Assembly: GCF_002105155.1 (NCBI RefSeq) | Contig: NW_019028989.1 | Location: 434,001 to 498,000 of the forward strand | Direction: 5' to 3' | From: Lobosporangium transversale | Taxonomy: Eukaryota | DNA: 64,000 bases | In this document: in pieces, positions 52,340 to 64,000 of the stretch | How the letters are laid out: each line of letters starts with the position of its first letter | How positions within the stretch are numbered: position 1 is the stretch's first letter | Position numbers and translations under genes: made by a program | Notes under the pieces: model-generated | What the model was told of the DNA's origin: nothing | What the model saw: only the letters and a program-made list of their open reading frames with translations | The model's database searches: none

Positions 52340-53720
52340 AGAGGAAGCTGCTATCCTTACGCGGCAGCCCTTATAAGAAGTTTGTTTTTAAAGAATTATT
52401 CGTTATTTATTTATTTCATATGAAGCCTGTGCAGTAGTTTTGGCTTTGTTTGTACGACCATGGTTGGGATTCTAGGAATGGCCTTGCGAGCTATGCCTAA
52501 AGTTAAAATAGGAATACTTAAATCAAGATGTGAGAGACCTTTCCCTTGGTTTCAATAGACATATATATAATGTTTTGTAATGTTGGCGTCATTGTTACCA
52601 TTCATATTATCGGCCATCGTTAACCAACGGAAGCTCCTGCGAGAAAGCGAGAGTGGAGAAGACATTCTTGAGGCAGTAGACGCGTATTTTAGCGTCGTGC
52701 TTTTAGATTTCCTCTCTCTGCCTGTGGGCTGTGGGAGAGCCCATTGCCATGAATGAATTTAAGGTTGTGGATGAATTCATTATCGATTTTTTTTTTTTTT
52801 TTTTTCATTGTAGTCGTGTCAACACTGTTAGCAACCACTAAGTGGTGGCGCTTGAAAAGAAACACCTATTCTAGCATCGTGTTTTCAGGCTTTTTCCTCC
52901 GCTTCCTCGCTCCCTACACTATATCTACGAGCAAGAAGAGAAAGGCTGAAAACGCGATGCTAGATCAGGCATCCTCTTTCCAAGAGCCACCAGTTAACGG
53001 CAACTGATAATATCAATGGTAGTGACAATGATCACTGTGGAGAATGATAATGAATTCATTCATGAGCAAGAGAGACGCGCTCAAGAAAATAAAATAAAAA
53101 AAGGGATTGTGGAGAAGAAGAATAGCAGACTTTTTTTTTTTTTTATGTCCGTTCTCAAAAGTGCTCGTGAGATGATATTCGGGAGGGAGGAAGGTGATTT
53201 TTGATGGGAAGGGTAAGTGATGATCAGGGAGTGAAACTCGGTACACGGTGTCACTTGACCTCCGTACGCTCCAAAGTAAAAATAAATCAATCCATATGCC
53301 TCAATCAATGCCTTGCCAAGCGTGAAAAAAAAAAAAAAAAAAAAAAAAAGGATGTTAACCTATCAATTCAAAAATGGTGGCAAAAGTGCCAGCGAGAAAA
53401 GAAAACATGCCGCAAGTCCTTGACAAACATTTTTAGCGTTCCTTGTGTACTTCTTGACAAGGTTCTTAATGGTTCATTAGGACAAGTGGAAGTGGCGCAT
53501 AGCAAGGGTAAGGAATTAATGCGCGCTTCATTCACTGCTTAACATGTTTCATAAATCAAATATATATATGGGACTGGTGTTAGAAGCTCGAAAGACAAGA
53601 CAGTGCTATCCTAGGGTCCGGCGGACAAACCAAATAAGGCATGCAATACCCAGATTACCTTCGCGTGGTACGCTCTGGCCTGCCCGCTCATATCTGAGGA
53701 GGGCATAATATATATATTTT
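52340..53720 (+). ncRNA. Candidate long structured noncoding RNA (family unknown)
   Basis: Many stems whose mismatches are mostly G-U pairs on the + strand, and no credible ORF (see findings). Confidence 0.4.
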
Positions 53721-54493
53721 TCGCTCTTAATGCTTTGCCACAGCTTAGGACATGTATGCCAAGCAAAGTAGATGAAATTTTGTGGAACGTGATCTAGTTT
53801 TTAAGAGCAGTCAACACCAAAACAAAGAAAATTTTTTAAGGACACTAGAAAAAAAAAAAAAGCAAGGCTCCTTCCTTTCTATTCTTTCTTTCTTTGTTCT
53901 CCACTTGATCCTTCCACACTCTCCTTCACCTTCATTTTACTCCCTCCTTTCTATTTGTCTTTTCTTCCTTCTTTTTTTTTTTTCTTTTTCGTTTTTGTAG
54001 TTATTCATTGGTTCTTTTCAAGGTAAATATCATGTTTACAACAGTTAATAAAACCTTCACGTCCACCGTATACCTTTTTTTTTTTTTTTTTTTTTTTTTT
54101 ACCAATCTGATGATTCCAAAGACAATTTGCACGTCAGTCATACTGCCTACGGGCAATGATGAGCAATATATCTATACCCAAATTTCTGATAAAAAAAAAA
54201 ATAATTATATTTCCTGATTTCGTTGTTGGACGCGAATTAATAGACGAATTCTAACAGAATTTTACTTTCTCTTTATGGCAGGTTCGATTACATTTCGATT
54301 AGTCCATATTCCAGATTATTGAATGCTCTTAATAAAAAGAAAGACATATTCATGTTATGTTCCTTTCTAGACTATGAAGGCTTTTCATTCATATATATAT
54401 ACTACTAGTCTTTTTAGTTTTAACCATTGATTTATTTTTATTTTTATTTTTTTGTATTGCGTGGTGTCTATATTGGCTTTTTTCACTTGTTCA

Positions 54494-55553
54494 CTATCTG
54501 GATGAAGTCAATTCAGCCATGTATCTCTCAATCTGGCCTTGAATAACTCCATCAGGGCATTTATCACGGATCTCACTATTATACACATTCCAAGAAAATA
54601 ATGAAACGTTAAGGCTGTCATTAAAATAATGAATAAGAAATAAAAAAAAAAAAAAAAGGTACATGTTTCCTTACCGTAATGTATCCAAATCCTTTTGCGA
54701 ATAGGCTTGCTGTACTGCTTCTTGATATGCTTCAATCTTCAGGAAGAGTCCTGCGCGGACATGCGCATCGCACTTTAGAATGTACTTGGAGGCCTCCTTG
54801 AATTGCATGGCCTTCACGCACTCCTCAACAAAAGGTTCATAGCCAATGGGCGACTTTTTGGACTTTGCTAATGTTGCTACTCCATCCCAGTCTCTGATCT
54901 CAACTAATGCTCGCAGCTTAATCCACCAGAAACGTTTTACCGGCATTTTAAATTCACTTTGGACCTTTGTTGCGCGGTTGCCTTGGTTGATTGTGATCAG
55001 TTTATAGACAGTGCTGCTCATGGAAAGACCGATAAATGGCTGAGAATAATCCTTTTCCAATTGAACTTGCGTCCGAAGAAGGCTGATGCTATCATCGATA
55101 GCCTACCAGTATATGAAATGATTAGTAGTCTGTAGAATAATGAGGCGAGGCGCGATTTGCGATAATTTTTTACCCTTGTTGTGTCTAAAGCCTTTTTTTT
55201 TTTTTTTTTTTTTTTTGTACCTTTGCCTCAAAGACGTGTTCTTTATCGTCCTGATATAATTTAAGAGCTTCCTTTAGCTTGTTGATCCGCCCTACGGTAT
55301 CTTTCTGCTGGAAACTCTCCATCAATAACAAATTGGCGTTATCAACTCTCTGATCGTTTTGGTAATAAAAGTTCTTTAAGAGCTCCGTATCCTGTTGTTT
55401 GCAGTATGATTCCAAAAGGCTGCATGCAAGCGGCTTTTTGTTGATGACCTTGAAGAACTCTGCTAAATGAAGTTTGCGCTTCAGATGCAGTAGTACATGA
55501 TAAACTGGGAAGATAGAGCAATTGATTTAGTTTGTGAAATAACTTGAAGCAAT

Positions 55554-55585
<32 letters not shown>

Positions 55586-58521
55586 CTCAAGTAGCCTAGG
55601 AAAAAACTCACCAAGATCAGTGTCACCACTCTCGATAGCTTTCACCAGTGCAAGCTCATCCTGTTGCATGCTCATCAACAGTGGCACTTGATCGCCAGCC
55701 CTTGGCTCGTAATCAAGAAGCTGTTCGTATTTAGTCATAAGAGAATAATAGCAATTAGGTCTTTTAAGCTAATCTTCAGTTGCAGGCTACTCTACACTTT
55801 AGCGGCTGCACTCCTGATAATGACGACAACTCTACCATCGTAGCCAACTTGGATTGACCGGCTTTGTGTGCTGTCATGGCGATCTCTGAATAAGAGAGTC
55901 CGGGTTTATTAGCCAGCTTCTCAACAACCATACGACAGATTGTATCCTCATCATCATTCGATTTTTTGATCTTTGAACAAGCCCAATGAATAAGAATCCT
56001 GTCTGTTCGCATTTTGAGATACTCACAAATCCTGATCGCAAGAAGATATTGATGACGGCTAATCAGACGATCAATCAAGGCCTCTGGTGTAAGCCTCTGG
56101 TATCTGATAGAATAGAGACATAATGGGTGTAAGATGTTAGGTCCAAATATGTAGCAGCACAGTAGCATGAGACATGCTGATTATAATGACAAATAAAATT
56201 GTTGAAGGACACTTACTGAGCGTAAGTGAGTGGGATACCGATCTCATAGTATCGAACAGCATTCAGGACTCTCAGGACCTTACACATCTCAACAAATGAG
56301 TCAGCATTGTGAATTTCCAAAAAGCACTTTCCAAAAGAAGCAGCCTAAGGCGCCAAAGGAATGAGTTGCATGTGAATGAGTACAGAATTTCTGGGCTATC
56401 AAAATAATCATGAACATACTTTTTCAATCTGATATGGATACCTTAAGGAGTGTTCGTTGATATTGATGTGATATTTCGTGTCCAGCAGCCTCAATGCATG
56501 CCTCCACAGCTTCTGAAAGCTCTAATCTGATGCTTCGTATATTTTCGTCCGCCTTAGGGCTTTTCTTCTATAAAATATGATATCGCAGTCAGAATCAGGT
56601 ATCTATTTAAGAGATTTCACCTGACAGATATTGCTGGTTGTGCGGCATATACCTCAAAGTGATCCAGAGCATCATAGAGCATGGCTGCAGGTGCTGTCGA
56701 TCCAATATTGAAAATACTCTCCGTGACATCTGAGTTGATATTTAGCGTAAAATATACTTATTGTTAATGTGGTGTCCACTGATCAAGAATCTGATGGCAA
56801 TCCACGTTCCTTTGAGCTCTGCTTCTTACCAGGTACTTTTTGTAGGAACTCGCATTTTTCACTGCTGATAATTCTGACGCCATCAATTTCTGGAATCAAA
56901 AAAATAGCATCGTCGTAGGAATATCTAGCATGGATTTAAAGAGGATCAGTATGATAGTTGAGCATACCTTCAAAAAAAAAAAAACTGATTTCCTTATCAA
57001 CATTATGCCAAATCCCTTACTTGATCCAATCACCATACGGTCCAACCATTAGAACAATTTTGTCCCAGTACAAGACAACAGAGTCCGTTCCACACCTTTG
57101 AAAAAATAAATGCATAAGATAATGGGATGAACTTTTCAACTTGACCAACAGCATCTCTCTTTGATAGCTTACCAGACTAACTGCTGCGGTGGAACTTGTG
57201 ATTTAGTTGGAAACTCTGATAGATTCTTTTGAAAGTCCGTGGACACAACCCAAAGCTTCCCATCAGATGTGAACAGCGCCAGATACTTTCCGTCCGGAGA
57301 GATCGACATCTTCGTAAATGGTCCTTGTTGTAGGCGCTACGTGAAATCGATAATATATATTGATTAGGAGTGTTTTTCTTTTCTTTTTTTTTAACACCAC
57401 GTTGCTGTCATGTACTTTTTCCGTCAATATACTTCATCTCTAGCTTCTGTTGCATCTACGACGAGGATAGTTGAGTTGAATGCAAGTAAGACTTCCACAT
57501 GACGACTGAGAGTAAATTTTGGAGGGATCACTGTCCAACTGTGAGGTGGTTCATTGATGCCAGGGTCTGCTAGGAGCAAGGGCCGAGGTTCATCGAAGTT
57601 CGCAATACTAATCAACTGAAAACTTCCTGTCAGTGCTACCAACCCTGTGCCCCAAATCTGAACATCAATGACACGGTTATCCTTGGCTTCCTATTTGCAG
57701 CCAATAAGGAAGTCAGACAATGACATTAATGCCGGCTACTGAGTGAACATAACAGGCTATCTCTCAGAGGTGCAAAAACAGTCCATCCTGAAGTTAAGAT
57801 GGTACCTTGCCGAGCGAAAACTGAGTGTATTCTCCTAGAATATTATACATGCGGACGGTGCCATCTTCCAAAACACAGAGTAGATGTTCTGTCTCTGTCC
57901 AGCCCATTCCTACGATTCGTCCCTTGTCCCACTAAACATTTCACAGGAAAGTTTTTGGATATTGATAGCAATCATGTATTAGCCTCGAGCTTTCTAAAAG
58001 AAATAGACTGAATATTTTGCACTCTCCTTTTATACTTGCCTGAATGGGCTCCATTAGTTTTCCTGATGATGTATAAAGGTAAATGCTGGGCTTGACGGGC
58101 TGCTGTTTCTGCACAAGAAGAACCTTGCGATCATCACGAACAAGTGCTAAACGTAAATATGCGAAGCACCATTACAACATGTTTCAGAGCCGGTTTTATT
58201 CAGGATGAACCAAAGTTGAACAAAAGGAAGAAATTAGATTCTGTACCTAGCGGTCCACCAAACGGTGCTGCTGCAACCATGTACTTTGACAAATCGACCT
58301 GCTTCCAGAGCATGGAGTAAATCTCTTGTTTTCTGTAGTGCAAAAGGGAGTAAAATTGGACAAAATTTGTATAAAAGTGCATGAAAAATATGCAAGTCGC
58401 TTGAGTTGGTTCTTTGCCTAGCAATTAAATCGCTCTGTCGAGACTCGAGACTATTTTCCTCCTTGCCTTACCTATAGTAACGGTCATGTAACTGAATCCA
58501 GTCTGCGATTGGAGGTGACAT
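54494..58521 (-). CDS. VPS16: HOPS/CORVET subunit Vps16 (multi-exon)
   Basis: [53 protein letters not shown] and [26 protein letters not shown]. Confidence 0.96.
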
Positions 58522-60070
58522 GTTTGTAGTTGATGGATGATGTCCTTCACTTGTAATGGTCCTACTATCTGCTTCCAATTGTCCTATCTGTGTTTACAAG
58601 CCTGTTTGCCCCTGAAGTAGATTTCTCTTTCCTCTGAAATGTAAGTTGTGGCAATGAGACAGAGAAGGAAGGCTGTCTTCATCTTTTACCCCTAGTAATC
58701 ATGTGACAGTATCGCGTGACGTAATCGTCGCGCTTGGGAGTCATAAAATCAGATTAATTAGTGCCGGCTATGGCGGGGCCTAATAAAAAGCCCCCACCTA
58801 GCAACCAAATAAAAAACTCTCGATCTCCTTGACATACCAGCCTTCAGAAAAAAACCCAGCTTGTGGTTGTATCGTCAGCCTTACCACTAGCGGTTTTATA
58901 TATATATATTTTCTTCTGAGGATATAGCGAAGATGAAATAGCATGTGATATCTTTTCAGCCCCTTCCGAACGAGTCGATACAAAGGAATGAAGGGATGAG
59001 ACAGAAGCGTATTCCCATAGAAGAAACTGATATTTGCTGGTTATTTTGCGCCGTTCTGTAATTTTAGCATGTTTACCACAATATCTGGAGTGGTGTGGAA
59101 AAACCGGCCGAAACAAAAGACAGAAGCTTAAACACGGCGGCATACGGAAATGTCTGTATGTAACGAGAGGAGACCATTGGTCAAAAAGTTCGGATGTTCA
59201 TACAGTAGAAGATTCCTGTTACCTTTGCAGTAGAGAGGATTGGGTACAAGCCTACTTGACTCTAATACCTCTTTGAAAAAAAAAAAGAAAAAAAAGGAAC
59301 CTGCCTCTGTTCACACACATCCATTGTATGCAGTTCAACCCAAGGGTACCCACACCAGAAAAAAAAATATATATATCCCGTATGATTGGCGCCATGCCTG
59401 AAACAATGGATACATGCCATGCATGAAAGATAGAGTCCTAACCTTGACACAATGACTGTTGCTATGTGGACTCTTGCTATGTGGACTCTCCAGAATTACT
59501 CTATGATCACAGAGATGTGGGTCTATCGATCATGCTGTGTTGCCAAGAACTTGAAAAGGTATATAAACCCTTTTTCCTTACATTTTTCCAACACAGTCTA
59601 TCACGGTCTACATCCACAACACTTGAATCACACACAGTCTTTTCACCACTCACTCCAACATATCACCATGAGTGTGATATGTTGAAGTGGTTCCCGATGG
59701 GTTTAATAGAGCCAATAAAAACTAGTCCCCCGACTTTTAGCAATGTTTACCAACCCGGATTTATCAAGAGAAGGCAGCAAGATGAGGAAGCAACAGATGT
59801 AATAAACTAAGGATAGCAACCAACGGAGCCCATTTCAAGCCTATACAGCAACAACTATTATCACTATTACATACACCAGTCAAATACTGGAATAAGAATC
59901 AAGCTCTCAACATCATCAAATGATGTCATGGGACTCTCAAGCGAATGCTGGGATCATGTGTAAGTCTTCATTATTAATTTTTTCTTTTTCTTTTGCTAAA
60001 CACAGGACACAGGAGACAAAGTTCTCCTAGGCCAGATTGGTTCCATGATAGTCACTTCAAAATAACAGTC

Positions 60071-60107
<37 letters not shown>

Positions 60108-61911
60108 AACCTATTTTCCTGTTGTTTTATGTATATATAAGATTTCTTTCTCTGACTCGATCTATCTTTGTAGGCGCGCTCACTTTTGTCAATGGGTTTA
60201 TACGCCCAAGAAGTGCCCACCCATCCTGTAAAGACTTTGTTGGACAGGTCCCTTGTATTGTGTCAGACGTATTTGCATCGCAATGTAATAGTAGCGCATA
60301 ATTATTCATAGCCATCCGAAGAGACTACAACGTTCTCATTACCTTCAGCCTGTAGATGCAGATGAACAGTCCCCTTGGATACATTAAAGAGCGATAGCGG
60401 CGACAGGCACAAGCACAAGAACAGGTGCAGGCAAAAAATGTAGGCACAGGTATAGTGTCGAGCCTTGGTCAGAGCACAGCTTCGGGCCGTGGCCAGAGCA
60501 GCAAGCGGCATCTTTGTATCATAGCAAAAGGCGATCAAAGAGGGGTGTAAGAAGTTTTAATAGTTGATTAAATAGTTAGATAGTCATATGTGTGTTCGCT
60601 CCCTCGGTGACGTAATAGCACTCCCGCGCTTGAAGGTCGCCCACTTCTTTAGTTAAATTCTCATTACAAGAGCCTTAATTCAGCCCAACAGCTTTGGCTT
60701 AGCTGTCCACCTTATCAAAAGTGTTCAAGTCTTAGCATGAGCATCCTGTACGTCGAGGGGTGCAGATCTATCGCCTTCAAAAAGTATTGTGCTGTCTACA
60801 ATTTAGCTTTCAAGACATATCTCGATTGCTATGTCTTTACCCGAGCACCACAAGTTTACTTGAACAAACCGCATTATAATTCAAAGCGGCGGGCTCCTTT
60901 ATATTTGCATGACCCCAGAAAGCCTTCAGAACGTTGCAGTTTTTATCAGCCATTTTCACATAATGTCTACTGTATACACAGGCTTTTTTTTTTTTTTTTT
61001 TTTTTTTCATTTGAATTATCAGGAATACAGATGGAATGATGAAGCAATCATATCTCCCACCTCGTCAACCATTTGGCCCAAAAAATGTTCACATGCCGCG
61101 CTTCCATACCGATGATAGCCCATTCAAACCTTTGACCATGTCTATAAAGAAGTATCTGAGGGGCCATCTGTTTGCTACATGTTCTATTTGGCAACTAACA
61201 AGTGTTTCTGCCAATACTTTGATTAAGAACCTAGCGATGAGAGGACGACATCGAAAGTATGTGAGATGATACTTTTTAAGGGTTATGCTTTCGGAGTCGT
61301 AACGGAGGGTCTGGTGCAAGAAGGCCCAAAAATATAATGATATGTATGGCCATCATTATATCACTACCCGTATCGCCCACAATGTACTTGAGTATAGCCT
61401 AAGTGATACATGATTCCTACGACTCAAACAACTCCATGAGTATAAATACTATCTCTTTTTTTCCTCATATGTCGGCTTCAAATATCCGAATAATTTTGTT
61501 TGGAACCGTTGTCCTAGTGTGGTACAACTTTTCTTGTACGCGTAGTAAAAATTACGTGCCAATACTTCGGTGACGTACGTGCCGCATTGTGATACAGGTT
61601 GATATTTTTGTGTTGTGCATTCCGCCCATTAATCCTCCCATTGCTAACGCCAGCATCGGGGGACATTTTCAGCCTTTCAACATTTTGTATCATTGCCCAT
61701 AGTCCATTCACAGGAGCGCGGAAACACATCTTAACCTTTATTGAAAGCGCTTTCTCGTGGATTGTACGGGCCAAACTCCTTCCTTCCACAAAATTCAGCG
61801 CGTGATCAGGACCAGAGATCTGTTTAGAGGAAGCTCTATTTAATTCATTTGCACATCAAACTTTTTTTTTTTTTTTTTTTTTTGAGCTCTCCTTTCAAAA
61901 CAAAGAATCCC

Positions 61912-64000
61912 ATGACACACCGACCCATCGATGCAGAAGCTACTGAGGCTCTGCTTAAGCTTGCATCCAAAACCGTTGACGATCAGTTAGGACGTGAACA
62001 AAAGTATCCAGAACTGAGCGACTTCTTCAACACAGATTATTCCGCCAATTATGTGGCGCCCGATCCACGGCAACAGATACTTCGTCACAAACGAGCCATT
62101 AGCTTGCCTGATACACTTTTTGAACAATATAACCGTAAGGGATAAAAAAAATTTTTTTTTTAATCGCTACCTTCCCTTTTAATGTTTTTGATTTCCTTGG
62201 AACCTTATATTTTTCTGACGCGCTGTATTTTTATTCTTGTTTCTAGTTCTCGAGTGTCGTTGTTTCATGGGCTTGTTCCCCGAAATTGGTCGAGTCTGGA
62301 TCACAATTGATCATCGTCTCTTTCTCTGGAATTATGCAGACGGGTATGTTGCCTTTAAGGATCATTCAAAGGACAACATATTTGGCCGCCTTGTTTCATT
62401 ATTATGACTATTTATTTATATTTTCTCTCTTAAAAAAAAAAATAGCGGAAACTATGAATCATATGAGGAGCTAGATCAGATTATTGTGAATGTTGCTCTT
62501 GTTAAGCCAAAGCCAGGTAAATCACAGGATTGGATCACCACAAGACGGAGCTTAGGATGGGAATTCAAACAACGTGTTGCAGAAGCCACGAGTTGCACGA
62601 TTGACTTACTTATTTCAATATTCCCTATCTAGATACATTTGATGATAAAGTAGAATATCTCTTAGTTATTGCTACTCCAATTGAAGTGCACTTGCTGGGA
62701 ATGTCGGTTGGATTTGGGTCAACGCCGCACACACTCTATATCACCAACATGAGTGTACCAACCGATAATGTGGCGATTAAAAGCATCGTGGGTACAGCTG
62801 ATGGACGTATCTTCATGAATGGAAATGACGGAAGGCTATGGGAAGTTGATTACCAGGCGGAAGAGGGCTGGTTCAGCAAAAAGTGTACTAAACGGGAAGT
62901 GATCGGGAGTCCACTTTCATTCTTTATCCCAACTTTCCTCAGCAAAATCAGAGTCGATCCAATTGTCAAGATCGTTTTCGATGAATCTAGGCAGACCATT
63001 TATGCTTTGACAGAGAATTCTAATATCGAGGTACGTCTCTACAAAAGAATGGCGAGGACATCGGATGCATAGAATTAAGTTCAAGCGGGAGATTCCATTG
63101 GGAATAATGGGATGATGAGATTAAGGATTGAACCCATGTGTCAATCATCGTTTTCCTATCATAGGTGATCGGATTGTCTGGTACTACACATGCCAGATCA
63201 ACAGTCAAAGCAAGTTACATTCTTCAGGAGGGCAAACGGAAGAGTAATCACAACAGGGCCATGGACGAAGGTCTATTCAAGATTATGGACATTCATGTTA
63301 TCCCACTGACAGAATCAAAGGATGTCAGCCTTTTGGCTGTTACTGTGACAGGCTGCCGCCTCTATCTTGGGCAGAAAGCAGCCCTTGACTACAATAGCCA
63401 ACGCTATATTGATCAGTCGAGCTCGGGACCATATCTATTACATGTCCGGATACCTCCAATGTTCGAGAGCGCTCCGGAGGCAGTAATGGGGGTTCAGGGT
63501 CAATATCGTGTACATCAGTCTCTTTATAACAATGGTGTGTTCTTGGCCGCACATTCGCTTCATGATGCCGCGGATGCACTTATCGCTTCTTCGCCAGATT
63601 CTGGGCCCATCAACAAAGCGTCAACAGCAACCAAGGTAGAACATATGCAGTTGATAGATTCAGAATATTTGGTTCATGTTTTTTCTGGATCAATCTATTG
63701 GCCCGTATGACTTATTTTATTTCATATCATTAGACTGTTGGCAGTTCATATATTCCAAAGCTCGCAGAGCTTGCCATGATTGCAGGATTGGATGGAAAGA
63801 TCTGGGGCATGTCCGAGATTCCAGGCGTGGAGTATGCAGGAGCTATCGACTCTTCCATTGCAAGGAATGAGCTTGCTGTTCAACTTTCCAGGTCTGCACG
63901 AGAGTACCTTGTACTCACAAACTCGGGAGTTCAGGTCTTTGCTAAACGTCGACCTATTGATACCCTACAACAGTTGCTGCTAGACGGTCGTGGCGCAGAA
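61912..64000 (+). CDS. NUP170: Nucleoporin Nup170/Nup155, 5' part (continues beyond the window)
   Basis: LECRCFMGLFPEIGRVWITIDHRLFLWNY, VALVKPKP, LLVIATPIEV, GTADGRIFMNGNDGRLWEVDYQAEEGWFSKKC and KRRPIDTLQQLL. Confidence 0.93.

Noticed and set aside
52450..52520. snR30/U17-like m1 (GTATTCCTA) and m2 (CAACCAT) motifs followed by ACA on the minus strand
   Set aside because: Motifs are imperfect, the basal stem is weak and G-U bias favours the + strand. Not excluded without a covariance-model search.
52060..54400. Telomerase RNA call
   Set aside because: No template of about 1.5 telomere repeats could be identified, so it is kept only as a hypothesis.
58900..61500. Possible decayed gene between VPS16 and NUP170
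   Set aside because: Some coding-like patches and splice-like sites, but no recognisable protein motif or consistent frame.

Overview
Intron-rich eukaryotic DNA. It is most likely from an early-diverging fungus (Mortierellaceae-like; inferred from gene content and ~20-nt poly-A/T tracts in most host introns). The left 9 kb holds the most unusual object, a ~6.8-kb DNA transposon (1718-8514) with ~1.17/1.35-kb near-identical terminal inverted repeats (TIRs). It encodes an intact IS630-Tc1-mariner transposase with long DD88E spacing (Sailor-like) and a co-oriented five-exon PD-(D/E)XK nuclease cargo gene. Each TIR contains an inward-facing promoter-like segment, a spliceable intron and a 188-bp-period array of structured-RNA-like units. 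A related 190-bp MITE sits 18 bp away with nearly the same flanking sequence. The rest is mostly housekeeping genes: a DUF3712 protein, F-box/LRR protein, glycosyltransferase, TIM22, aldehyde dehydrogenase, beta-lactamase-family hydrolase, RSPRY1, GNA1, a small bublin/UPF0184-like gene, PRPF38B with a 12-nt microexon, POL2, VPS16 and the 5' part of NUP170. There is also a decayed pogo element and a ~1.4-kb hairpin-rich intergenic region that may be an unannotated ncRNA. All calls were made by eye from motifs; no searches were run.
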